Shown: positions 19,282 through 28,060 of the stretch, in pieces
Layout of the letters: each line of letters opens with the position of its first letter
Numbering within the stretch: the stretch's first letter is position 1
Origin: Gemmatimonadota bacterium
GTDB lineage: Bacteria > Gemmatimonadota > Gemmatimonadetes > Longimicrobiales > Gaopeijiaceae
Direction of reading: 5' to 3'
Assembly (NCBI GenBank): GCA_034521595.1
Contig: JAXHMG010000001.1
Location: 52,857 to 116,856, forward strand
Length of the DNA: 64,000 nt
The notes under the pieces: generated by a model
Seen by the model: the letters and a program-made list of their open reading frames with translations, nothing else
Database searches by the model: none
What the model was told of the DNA's origin: nothing
Position numbers and translations under genes: made by a program

Positions 19282-19818
19282 TCAGGAATCGAGATACCGC
19301 TCCCGGACGACGTCCACGTGGTGAAGCAGGTGTCCAGCCGTGATCCAGGCAAGCCCCCTCACGGTCATCTCGACGCCGCTGGCTCTGCCCCGGTTGGTCC
19401 AGGTGTCGTCCGGCAATCCCTCGAACAGGGAGATCGTGGCGGCGCGAACGGAGGCGAGCTCGTCCAGAAGCGTCGCGAGCGTCCGCTCGTCAGCCCGGCT
19501 CGCGGGCGTATACGCATCCTCCTCGAACCCCGGGAGCTCCGTCCGGTCACCTCGTGCGAACCGGAGCGCGCGGTACTGGAAGACGCGCTCGGCATCGGCA
19601 CAGTGCTGCACCACTTCCTTCAGGCTCCACTTGCCCGGAGCGTAGCCGCGCTCGGCCGTCTCTTCGGAGATACCCTCCAGGAGCTCGGACATGGCCGGTG
19701 CGCTGCCAGCAAGGGTGGCCACGACATCACCGTCGGGCACCCGCTCGACGTAACCCGCATAGAACGGGGCGTATTCGTCTGCGTCGGCACGGGGCCGAAT
19801 GGTTCGATGGGTCTTCAT
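19282..19818 (-). CDS. DinB-family (DinB_2) protein
   Basis: ATG at 19818 (MKTHRTIRPRADADEYAPFYAGYV...). Has YAPGKWSLKEVVQH..ERVF and the C-terminal AGHLLHH metal-binding His pattern. Confidence 0.8.
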   Translation of the reverse strand: MKTHRTIRPRADADEYAPFYAGYVERVPDGDVVATLAGSAPAMSELLEGISEETAERGYAPGKWSLKEVVQHCADAERVFQYRALRFARGDRTELPGFEEDAYTPASRADERTLATLLDELASVRAATISLFEGLPDDTWTNRGRASGVEMTVRGLAWITAGHLLHHVDVVRERYLDS

Positions 19819-19906
19819 GCGAAGGGCTTGATGGGAAGGGGCAAAACGTCTCGGCACGGCCGAGCTCGCCCATATGGGGACGAACGTGGCTGATCCCCGC
19901 TTTACG

Positions 19907-20383
19907 TCACGCGGCTCCCGTTTTCGGTCCCTCGGAGGAAGATCCGGCGGTGGCCCGCACACGCTTCGCGTTGAGGGAGTAGGCCCCCGGGCCCGTGAGC
20001 GCCAACGCGATCGCGATCCCGAGGTTCACGAGAGTGAACTCGATCCCGTTCGGAAGGAAGAAGCCCGCGGGCAGGTGCACCATGAACATCGCGCCCAGCA
20101 TCACGACGGCGATCCCGAAAGCGGCCAACCGCGTGGCGATCCCCAGGATCACGGCGATGCCCCCGAAGAACTCGACGATGGCGACGGCCGGGGCGGTCAG
20201 CACCGGAAGGAAGATCCCCATCTCGGCGAACGAGGCCGTCGTGCCCTCGATACCGAACCAGAAGAGCTTCTGTCCCCCGTGCCCGATGAAGACGACACCG
20301 AGCACCACACGGAGCACGATGAGCGCCACGTCGAGCGACTCCGAGTGGGGGACGGCCCGGTCGCTTCGGTCTGCTGTGTTCAT
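19907..20383 (-). CDS. DoxX-family membrane protein
   Basis: 158 aa, 4 TM. LRVVLGVVFIGHGGQKLF and EFFGGIAVILGIATRLAA are typical DoxX blocks. Confidence 0.8.
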   Translation of the reverse strand: MNTADRSDRAVPHSESLDVALIVLRVVLGVVFIGHGGQKLFWFGIEGTTASFAEMGIFLPVLTAPAVAIVEFFGGIAVILGIATRLAAFGIAVVMLGAMFMVHLPAGFFLPNGIEFTLVNLGIAIALALTGPGAYSLNAKRVRATAGSSSEGPKTGAA

Positions 20384-20494
20384 GGTTTGGCTCTCCTTCG
20401 GTTGGAAAGGACGCTCCGCAAACTACCGACCATCGGGCATCGTCCGATACACCGTCTTCCCATCGCGCCCGCTGAGGAGCGTCTTCAAGGGCAT

Positions 20495-20510
20495 TGGCAC
20501 CTTCCTTGCG
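20495..20510 (+). promoter_or_regulatory. candidate sigma54 (-24/-12) promoter upstream of the AsmA-family gene
   Basis: TGGCAC-CTTCC-TTGCG matches the TGGCAC-N5-TTGC consensus exactly in both conserved blocks and spacing. It lies 80 nt upstream of ATG 20589. Confidence 0.45.
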
Positions 20511-20588
20511 GCACCAGAGAGCCGGCGGCCTGACGGGGCAGCATGCCGCCAGGGCGCCGACACCGCTCCGCGGATCCCGGAAGGGGGG

Positions 20589-23081
20589 ATGACCATGCGC
20601 TCACGAGGTTGGAACATCACGATCGGGAGGGGGCTGGCGGTCGCCGTCTTCTTCGTCGTCGTGGCCTATGCCGTCGTGGCGATCGTTCTCGACCGTCTGG
20701 TCGATCCGGACGAGCTCACCGCATGGCTCGAACCCCGGGCCTCCGCCGCGCTCAACCGTGAGGTGCGGATAGGGGACGCTTCGCTCGTCCTGCTCCCCTG
20801 GCCCGGCGCCCGCCTCACCGAGGTGCGCGTCGCCAACCTACCCGGCTTCGGAGGGCCGCCGGTTCTCGAGATCGACCGACTTCGGCTCCATTTGGCGGTT
20901 CTGCCGCTCTTTACCGGTGACGTGAGGGTTCGGGGGATGCACCTCCATCGGCCGACGCTGACCCTGATGGTGGACGAAGGGGGCGCCTCCAATTTCGGGG
21001 ATCTGATGCCGGAGGCCCGAGAGGGGGCCGAGGCGGGCTCGAGCTTCGCCCGCCTCTCCCTCCGCCGGATCGGCGTCACGGAAGGCACGGTGACGTACAC
21101 GCACGCGCCCCGCGAGCGGACCGTGACCCTCACGGGTACGGATTTCGACGGCCGGGTCGCGTCGGACGGCGGCGACGGCTGGACCGTGCGCGCGACGGCG
21201 GAGTCGGACTCGCTCGGAATCGCTCGGCCGTCGGATACGCCACCCGTGTGGTCGGTCGGGCCGTCCGCGTCGTGGACGCTCCACGGAGACGGGATGTTCG
21301 ATCGCGTCGAGATCACCGACGGCCGGATCGCCTACGACGGCTCGAGTCTCGAGGCCTCCGGGCGGTGGAGCGACGTGCGGGGACCACGTCCTTCCCTCGA
21401 GCTGCGGATGACGAACGACCAGATCGATGCCGCGTCCCTGAACGCCTGGATTCCCGCCGGGCTCGCCACGGCGCTCGGAGCGGACTCCACCCTCGCGCTG
21501 CGGGGTACGGCGGCCGCCGAGCTGCGGCTCCTCGTGCCCGACCCGGACACGGACGGCCCGTTCGTCCGCGGAGAGATCCGCCTCGACGGCGTCGACGTGC
21601 ACCGGGACGAAGCGTCGCTGGCGAGCACGGTGTCGGGCGTCGTGGCCTTCGAGCCCGGGGAGCTCACCCTGAACGCCCTGAACGGGACCTTCGCCGGGGG
21701 GCCGTTCGAGCTGTACGGACGGGTGGCCGGTCCGGACGGGTCGATGCGGTTGGAGGCGCAAGCACGCACGGATCTGGCCGAGCTCGAGGCGCTCGGGTGG
21801 ACGCCCCCGGATCCGGGCTTCTCCGGGCATGCCGACTTCGACGTCACGCTCGCGGGCTCGCTCCGCACTCCCCACCGGCTCGAGCTCTCCGGCCGCGCCA
21901 CCGCCGACGGGGCACGCATCGACCACCCGTGGTTCGCGGTGCCGCTCTACGTGCCCGACGGGGAGATCACGCTCGACGGACGCACCGTCCGGTGGAACGA
22001 GCTCGCCCTGCTCGCCGGAGGCGACCGCTTCGAAACGACCGGACGCGTGGTGGGACTCCGGCCCCCGTTCATCCCGAACGCTCCGGCCGCCGCGTCCGGA
22101 GGCCGCACCGGTGGGTCGTCGCCTCCGGTGGTCACGGCTTCGGTGGACGGCGCTCGCATCGACCTCGACGGGCTGCTCGGCCGAGCCGACGACCGCGAGC
22201 ACGACACCTACGCGAAGGCGGCGTTCGCGCACCTCGCGGGGGGAGCGCGCGGAAGCGACGGCCTCACGGGCTACGCCCCGCTCGAATCCGATCCGGCGCG
22301 CCCCGCAGCGTCGGCGTTCCACGGCACCCTCGACCTCGCCTTCGACAGCCTGTTCTTCCGCCCTTACGCGCTCGACAGCGTGTCGGCGGAGGTCGGCCTC
22401 GACGACGCCTCCGTGAGGGTGTCGGACGTGGCATTCCGGACCTGGGACGGCCGCGGGCACGGCTCGCTCCTTCTGGGCACGGGGGCCACGGACCGCGCGC
22501 CGTTCGAGCTCGAGCTGGGCGTCGAAGGCGTCGCGGCCACGCCCTTCTTCGCGGCACTCACCCCGGCGGACACCGCGATCTCGGGCACGCTCGACCTCGA
22601 CGTCGTGCTGTCCGGCACCACCGACCGCGCGCTCCTGCCGGTTCGCGAAGACCTCGTGGGCTCGGGAACGTTCACCGTGAGCGAGGGGACCATCGCCGGC
22701 AGCGGCATGAACCACGCCCTCGCGGACTTCCTCGGATCGCGGGCGTGGCTCGAGGTGCCCTTCGACCGCTGGACCACGTCCTTCGACGTGGGCGACGGGA
22801 TGCTCGACGTTCGGGAGAGCGCGCTCACCGGAGCCCGGGGACGGGTCAATCTCAGCGGGTTGATCGCATTCGAAGGACCCGTGCACCTCGAGCTCGGGCT
22901 CTCGATCCCCCCTTCGGAGCTGGCGGACGTCTCACTGCGCAGAACCGGAATCGGCGCGGACGTTCTGGACCGCTTGCGCGACACGGGGAGCTCCCTCGAG
23001 TTGGGGCTGCGGACGGGCGGCTCGCTCGGCGCCCCTACCCTCGAGCCCGACGGATCGGTTTCCGTCCCCGGAGGAAGCTGA
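20589..23081 (+). CDS. AsmA-family protein
   Basis: ATG at 20589. N-terminal TM anchor (GRGLAVAVFFVVVAYAVVAIVL) followed by a long beta-rich periplasmic region with AsmA-like repeats (L...L.L.PLFTGDVRVRGMHLHRPTLTL). Confidence 0.75.
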   Translation: MTMRSRGWNITIGRGLAVAVFFVVVAYAVVAIVLDRLVDPDELTAWLEPRASAALNREVRIGDASLVLLPWPGARLTEVRVANLPGFGGPPVLEIDRLRLHLAVLPLFTGDVRVRGMHLHRPTLTLMVDEGGASNFGDLMPEAREGAEAGSSFARLSLRRIGVTEGTVTYTHAPRERTVTLTGTDFDGRVASDGGDGWTVRATAESDSLGIARPSDTPPVWSVGPSASWTLHGDGMFDRVEITDGRIAYDGSSLEASGRWSDVRGPRPSLELRMTNDQIDAASLNAWIPAGLATALGADSTLALRGTAAAELRLLVPDPDTDGPFVRGEIRLDGVDVHRDEASLASTVSGVVAFEPGELTLNALNGTFAGGPFELYGRVAGPDGSMRLEAQARTDLAELEALGWTPPDPGFSGHADFDVTLAGSLRTPHRLELSGRATADGARIDHPWFAVPLYVPDGEITLDGRTVRWNELALLAGGDRFETTGRVVGLRPPFIPNAPAAASGGRTGGSSPPVVTASVDGARIDLDGLLGRADDREHDTYAKAAFAHLAGGARGSDGLTGYAPLESDPARPAASAFHGTLDLAFDSLFFRPYALDSVSAEVGLDDASVRVSDVAFRTWDGRGHGSLLLGTGATDRAPFELELGVEGVAATPFFAALTPADTAISGTLDLDVVLSGTTDRALLPVREDLVGSGTFTVSEGTIAGSGMNHALADFLGSRAWLEVPFDRWTTSFDVGDGMLDVRESALTGARGRVNLSGLIAFEGPVHLELGLSIPPSELADVSLRRTGIGADVLDRLRDTGSSLELGLRTGGSLGAPTLEPDGSVSVPGGS

Positions 23082-23157
23082 GCGCCGGATCCGCCCTCGA
23101 CTAGACGGTACTCCGCCGGCTTCCTGGGATTCCTCCGGCTACCTCGGACCCCGCCGC

Positions 23158-24090
23158 TTACCTCGGATCCCGCCCGGAAATGTGGAGCGTGGCGTTTTCG
23201 AGGCGGCCCGCCTCGTACGTGCCGACCCAGATGTTGTAGTTCCCGCTCGGCGGCTCGTCGAAGCGGATGAGCGGGTCCGTGCCGGTCGCGTCGTCACTAC
23301 AGTGCCATTCCCCGGCCGCGTCGTTGACCACCAACGTGAGGTCCACCTCGGACTCGGCGTAGATCACCAGGGGAGAGTCGTCCGCGGCGTAGTTGAGATC
23401 GAAATCCGGCGCTGATGCGTCCAGGTAACCGGTGCATTCGGCGCCCGGAACCGCATTCGCCTGGGTGCCGCCGGCCCGGAGCGGGCGCGACACCGGATCG
23501 GGCGTGAACCCGGCCGACAGATCGAGCGTCTCGTACAGCGGGATCGCGGCGACGTCCGGCATCGGGGCATCGCCCGCATCGAAGCCGGAATCCGCCGTCC
23601 GGGCCGTCGGCTCGAGCTCGGTGAAGTAGAGCGTCGCCTCCGGTGACGACCCCGCCTCGGCGACGCCGACCCAGAGCTTGTAGCTACCGCTGGAAGGATC
23701 CGGGAACACGACCATCGGATCGGTGCCCTCCCAGTCGTCGTTGCAATGCCAGTTCCCATCGGGGTCGTGAATCAGCAGGGTCAGATCGCTCTCCGCCCGG
23801 GCGTAGATGTAGAGGACGGACATTCCCGCCGCATAGCTCAGCTCGAAGTCGGGCGCGTCCGCGTCGATGTAGCCGGCGCACGCGGATCCGGAGCGTGGGT
23901 TGGCGTCTTCGCCCCCGGCCCGGACAGACCGGGTCACGGGGTCGGGCGTGAATCCGGCCACGAGGTCGACCGTGCCGTGGGCCGGCGCGGCGTCGGGGTC
24001 CTGAGCCTTCGCCGGCACACCCACGGCCACCGTCGCGAGGAGCACGAAAGCAGCGTTGAGGCAGCCGAACCATCGAATCCGTGGGAACAT
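23158..24090 (-). CDS. secreted protein with two tandem ~130-aa Cys-containing beta-sandwich-like domains
   Basis: Signal peptide MFPRIRWFGCLNAAFVLLATVAVGVPAKA. The motif set AGFTPDP..R..RAGG...C.GY.DA.APDF.L.Y......L.IYA.(A/S)E.DLTL...D..G.WHC.DD..GTDP...F..P.SG.Y..WVG..EAG occurs twice. Confidence 0.7.
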   Translation of the reverse strand: MFPRIRWFGCLNAAFVLLATVAVGVPAKAQDPDAAPAHGTVDLVAGFTPDPVTRSVRAGGEDANPRSGSACAGYIDADAPDFELSYAAGMSVLYIYARAESDLTLLIHDPDGNWHCNDDWEGTDPMVVFPDPSSGSYKLWVGVAEAGSSPEATLYFTELEPTARTADSGFDAGDAPMPDVAAIPLYETLDLSAGFTPDPVSRPLRAGGTQANAVPGAECTGYLDASAPDFDLNYAADDSPLVIYAESEVDLTLVVNDAAGEWHCSDDATGTDPLIRFDEPPSGNYNIWVGTYEAGRLENATLHISGRDPR

Positions 24091-24099
24091 GGCCGAATC

Positions 24100-24825
24100 C
24101 TACCCCACGTCGCCGCGCCCGACCAGGGCCGCGGCCTCCGGAGAAGGCGGGGCATCGAGAAGCGTCGAAGTCGGGCCCGTCGCCACGACTCGTCCCCCGT
24201 CGATCAGCACCAGAACCTCGGCGAGCGCGCGTACGTCCTCCAACGCATGGGTGACCAACACCATGGGCACTCCGGTTTCCCGTTGGATGGCGAGCAGCGA
24301 TGCCCGGAGGTCTTCCCGGATCCGGAAGTCCAGCGCGGCGAACGGCTCGTCGAGAAGGAGAAGGTCGGGGCGAGGCGCCAGAGCGCGGGCCAAGGCGATC
24401 CGCTGCCGCTCACCGCCGGACAGGCTGGACGGCTTCCGTTCTTCGTACCCCCTCAGCCCCACCAACTCCAACAGCCACGCCACCCGCGCGGCACGCTCGT
24501 CGCGCGAGCGTCCGTGCAGGCCGAATCCGACGTTCCCTCCCACCGTCAGGTGCGGGAAGAGGGCGTACTCCTGAAACACCAGCCCGATCCGACGTTCCCG
24601 GGCCGGGATCCAGGTCCCTTCGGCCGCTCCGAAGAGGATCCGGTCACCGAGCGCCACCCGACCGGACTCGGCGCGCTCGAGACCCGCCAGATGCCGGAGC
24701 GTCAGCGTCTTCCCGGCGCCCGAAGGCCCGAAGAGCGCCGTGATTCCCGTCGCAGGGCTCTCGAAGGCCACATCGAGCACGAAGTCGTCCCGTCGCGCCC
24801 GGAGGGACACGTCGAGGGTCACCAT
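24100..24825 (-). CDS. modC: molybdate ABC transporter ATP-binding protein
   Basis: ATG at 24825 (MVTLDVSL...). Walker A GPSGAGKT, signature LSGGERQR, Walker B LLLLDEPF. Overlaps modB by 7 nt. Confidence 0.8.
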   Translation of the reverse strand: MVTLDVSLRARRDDFVLDVAFESPATGITALFGPSGAGKTLTLRHLAGLERAESGRVALGDRILFGAAEGTWIPARERRIGLVFQEYALFPHLTVGGNVGFGLHGRSRDERAARVAWLLELVGLRGYEERKPSSLSGGERQRIALARALAPRPDLLLLDEPFAALDFRIREDLRASLLAIQRETGVPMVLVTHALEDVRALAEVLVLIDGGRVVATGPTSTLLDAPPSPEAAALVGRGDVG

Positions 24826-25478
24826 CCCGCTCCGCGGCCCACCCGCGTGAGCACGAACAGCGCCCCGGCCGCCGCGACGGTGAGCGCCAACGAGAGCATT
24901 CCCGCTTCGTCCATGCGGCCGGCCTGCACGTGGTCGTAGATGGCGAGGCTCCCGGTACGCGTCCGGCCCGGGATGCTCCCGGCCACCATGACCGTCGCAC
25001 CGAACTCGCCCACCGCCCGGGCGAAGGCGAGCGCCAGGCCGGCGAGCACGGCGCGCCACGCGAGCGGGAGGGTAACCGTGAACCAGATCGCGAGCTCGCT
25101 GCGGCCCAGGGTCCGGGCGGCCTCCTCGTAGGTAGCGTCGACCTGCTCGAAGCCGGCCTGGGCCGACCGGATCATGAACGGAGCCGAGGCGACGAAGGCG
25201 GCGATCACGGCCGCCGCAGGGGTGAAGACGATTCGGCCCAGGCCCACGGCTTCAGCCCATCCACCCAGCACGCCGCCCCGCCCCATCAGCACGAGCAGCC
25301 CGTACCCGAGGACCGTCGGAGGCAGCACCATGGGAAGGAGCACCAGGACGGTGAGCAGGTCGCGGCCCGGGAGAGACGGACGCGCGAGCACCCATGCGAC
25401 CGGCAGGCCCACGACGACGGTGAGGACCGTCGCGTTCAGCGCGACCCAAAAGGAGAGCGCGAGGGGGGAGAGCGTCAT
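24819..25478 (-). CDS. modB: molybdate ABC transporter permease
   Basis: 219 aa, 5 TM. EAA-loop region YEEAARTLGRSELAIWFTVTLPLA and GEFGATVMVAGSIPGRT are typical of ModB/CysTW permeases. Confidence 0.85.
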   Translation of the reverse strand: MTLSPLALSFWVALNATVLTVVVGLPVAWVLARPSLPGRDLLTVLVLLPMVLPPTVLGYGLLVLMGRGGVLGGWAEAVGLGRIVFTPAAAVIAAFVASAPFMIRSAQAGFEQVDATYEEAARTLGRSELAIWFTVTLPLAWRAVLAGLALAFARAVGEFGATVMVAGSIPGRTRTGSLAIYDHVQAGRMDEAGMLSLALTVAAAGALFVLTRVGRGAGW

Positions 25479-26299
25479 CGCTTCCCGGGCCGGTTCGGGC
25501 CGGCCGGCCCCGGGGCTTCGAACCCGTGCCCACGCAGAATGGCGCGTCCCTCCGGCGAGCTCACGAACGCGAGGAAGGCCCGCGCCTCTTCGGGCCGGGT
25601 GCTCGCCCGCACCACGCCGGCGACCTGCCGGAGCGGCGGATGGAGATCTGCATCCACCACCCGGTACGCCGGTGGCGCCTCGTCAGCGCCGTCTCCTGCG
25701 GCGTGAACCAGGCTGAGCGCGACCAGTCCCGCGTCGGCGTTCCCCGTGCGCACGAACTGCAGGGCGTGCGCCACACTCTCTCCGAGGACCAGTCGAGGAG
25801 CGATTTCCTCCCACACCCCGGCCTCTTCGAGCGCGGCCCGGGCCGCGCGCCCGTACGGTGCGTGGTCGGGATTCGCGATGGCCACGGCCTCGAGCGCCCC
25901 GTCCGCGAGCGCCGCGACCGTAGGCGGCAGCGGACGTCCGGCCGGGGCCACCAGGGCAAGCCGGCCGACCGCGTACGCCGTGCGGGTCGCGGGATCGACC
26001 TGGTCGGCCTCGATCAGACCGTCCAGGAACGAGGTGTCGGCCGAAAAGAAGAGGTCGGCCGGCGCACCGTGTCGGATCTGCGCCGCCAAGCTTCCGGTCG
26101 AGCCCAGCACGACCGAGATATCCACCCCCGTCCGCTCCTCGTGGACGCGCGCGAGCTCGTCGAGGGCCAGAGCGAGGTCGGAGGCCGCGAGAACGAGCAG
26201 CTCGCCGGAGGGATCTCCCGCTTCCCCGGCACCGTCGTCACAGGCCACCGGGCCGGCCACGGCCGCGACGAGTCCCACCCCCACGATCCACCGTCTCAC
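25475..26299 (-). CDS. modA: molybdate ABC transporter substrate-binding lipoprotein
   Basis: GTG at 26299 (VRRWIVGVGLVAAVAGPVAC, lipobox) overlaps the regulator stop (GTGA). Has ModA blocks LLVLAASDL, VVLGSTGSLAAQIRHGAPADLFFSAD and IANPDHAPYG. Confidence 0.8.
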   Translation of the reverse strand: MRRWIVGVGLVAAVAGPVACDDGAGEAGDPSGELLVLAASDLALALDELARVHEERTGVDISVVLGSTGSLAAQIRHGAPADLFFSADTSFLDGLIEADQVDPATRTAYAVGRLALVAPAGRPLPPTVAALADGALEAVAIANPDHAPYGRAARAALEEAGVWEEIAPRLVLGESVAHALQFVRTGNADAGLVALSLVHAAGDGADEAPPAYRVVDADLHPPLRQVAGVVRASTRPEEARAFLAFVSSPEGRAILRGHGFEAPGPAGPNRPGKR

Positions 26300-27396
26300 A
26301 GCGCCGTCCCCATCACGGATCCGTCGTAGCCGGTGAGCGCCTCGACCTGGTGTCGCAAAGCCGGCCTGCGTAGCTCGCCCAGGAGCGCTTCGACCGCCGG
26401 AAGATCGAGGAAGTGATCGGGCACGACGAGCTCGTACGGCTCCTCGGCGAGGGGGAGCATCGCGAGGTCGAGCGCGTCGCCCACGGCCCGGATCGCCACC
26501 CCGGCGTGGGCGGCACCCGCCGCGATCGCGCGTGCCACCGTCTCGTGCCCGTCGGCGGCGGTGTCCTCGAATCCGGGGATCGCCGACCGCTCCACGCCGC
26601 ACACCTCGAGCCGCCGTTCGAGCAGGGAACGGCTTCCCGACCCCGGCTCCCGGTTGAGGAAGCGCAGGTCGGGCCGCGCGAGATCCTCGAGACGATCGAC
26701 TCCGAGCGGATTCCCGGGGGCCAGCAGGATCGCCTGCTGCCAGACCGCGAACGCGATCCGGGTCGAAGGAAAGGGGATCATCCGCTCCACCCACGGACCG
26801 TTGTATATCCCCGACTCCGGATCCTCCAGGTGCACCCCGGCGACATGCACGGCCCCGCGGGCCAACGCCGACAGAGCCGCACCGCTCCCGGTACGGAGCC
26901 ACAACACTTCGAGCCCGTGCTCCCGTCTCAGCCGCTCCCGCACGAGCCCGAACGCCGGATCGCAGCCGGCCACCACCAGGTCGGGCTCGGGCAGACGCTC
27001 CGCGAAGGGCCGGACCCGGACGCCACCGTCGGAGACCGGCTCACCGGTTCCGTCGGCCGGCACGGCTCCGTGCAGTCCGGCCATGGCCATGCCATACGCG
27101 AGCCTCCGTCCCCCTACCCTGGCCAACCGGACACGGGAGGGAAGCGACCCACCGAGGCCCGACCACTCGACCATCTCGCTCGGCGGGGGAGCATCGTCGA
27201 GGCGAAAGAGGGACTCGACCGGAACGCCGAACACCCGCGCGAGCCGGAGCGCGACTTCGGTGGATGGCACGGCGTCGCCGTTCTCGATCGCGGCGAGGCC
27301 TTGGCGCGTGAGGCCGACGCGGCTTCCGAGATCGGTCTGCGACCACCCCACTTGGAGGCGGAGCGCCCGCACGGAGGAACGGAGGGGCGAGGTCAT
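26296..27396 (-). CDS. XRE-type HTH regulator fused to a PBP-like (COG1910, molybdate/tungstate-binding) domain
   Basis: N-terminus LRLQVGWSQTDLGSRVGLTRQGLAAIENGDAVPSTEVALRLARVFGV is a classic HTH_3 domain. The C-terminal ~250 aa resembles periplasmic-binding-protein-like domains found next to mod genes. First gene of the operon. Confidence 0.7.
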   Translation of the reverse strand: MTSPLRSSVRALRLQVGWSQTDLGSRVGLTRQGLAAIENGDAVPSTEVALRLARVFGVPVESLFRLDDAPPPSEMVEWSGLGGSLPSRVRLARVGGRRLAYGMAMAGLHGAVPADGTGEPVSDGGVRVRPFAERLPEPDLVVAGCDPAFGLVRERLRREHGLEVLWLRTGSGAALSALARGAVHVAGVHLEDPESGIYNGPWVERMIPFPSTRIAFAVWQQAILLAPGNPLGVDRLEDLARPDLRFLNREPGSGSRSLLERRLEVCGVERSAIPGFEDTAADGHETVARAIAAGAAHAGVAIRAVGDALDLAMLPLAEEPYELVVPDHFLDLPAVEALLGELRRPALRHQVEALTGYDGSVMGTAL

Positions 27397-27420
27397 GCCG
27401 CAATGGAATGTTTACTTACC

Positions 27421-27438
27421 GTATATGTCAAGTATACC
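27421..27438. promoter_or_regulatory. candidate operator (TATAT-N6-TATAC) in the mod operon control region
   Basis: GTATATGTCAAGTATACC lies in the only AT-rich patch of the 27397-27553 intergenic region, 25 nt upstream of the regulator start. It is reminiscent of ModE-type TATAT...TAYAT operators (recollection, not checked). Confidence 0.35.
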
Positions 27439-27553
27439 CTACACACCACACTGCGAAGGCAACCTGAGCGTTGGAGCGGGAACCGTCTTCGCCGGCACGG
27501 TTACCTGCAAAAGGGCCACCGCGAGACGCCCCCCACGAGAACGAGGATCCACC

Positions 27554-28009
27554 ATGCGGCTACGGAGTCTGAAGGTCATCGTCGTTCCCCTGCTCTTCAC
27601 GACCGTTCCCCTGCTGGCTGCTTGCGAGCCCGGTGAGTCACGGACCGATCCGGGCACGGCCGACGGGTCCGACGTCGAAGGCCAGCCCCCGACCGCCGAG
27701 GCGCCCGCCAGGGAGCCTCCGGGCGCGGACCAACCCACCGCCGACATCTCGGAAGCGGAGATCCGTACGGTGGCGCGGGTGTACGTGCGTCTCACCGAGA
27801 TGCAGAGCGAGATCGACGGTCGTGCCCCGGAAGCGAGCACCGAGGAGGAGCAGGCCAGGATCGAAGAGGAAGCGTTCGCCACCATGGAACGGGTCCTCCA
27901 GGAGCACGGAATGACCCTCGAGCAGTATCAGCAGATGATGCAGGCCATCAACGCCGACCCCGAAGCCCGAAGTGCCTTCGAACGGATGGTGGCCGGGCTC
28001 GAGGGCTGA
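27554..28009 (+). CDS. DUF4168-domain lipoprotein
   Basis: ATG at 27554. MRLRSLKVIVVPLLFTTVPLLAAC lipobox, low-complexity linker, then ISEAEIRTVARVYVRL...HGMTLEQYQQMMQAINADPEARSAFERMV. Confidence 0.75.
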   Translation: MRLRSLKVIVVPLLFTTVPLLAACEPGESRTDPGTADGSDVEGQPPTAEAPAREPPGADQPTADISEAEIRTVARVYVRLTEMQSEIDGRAPEASTEEEQARIEEEAFATMERVLQEHGMTLEQYQQMMQAINADPEARSAFERMVAGLEG

Positions 28010-28060
28010 CCCGGGAGCGAGTCGGGGCGTCGACGACTACACCCATCACGAGGAGCCGTA

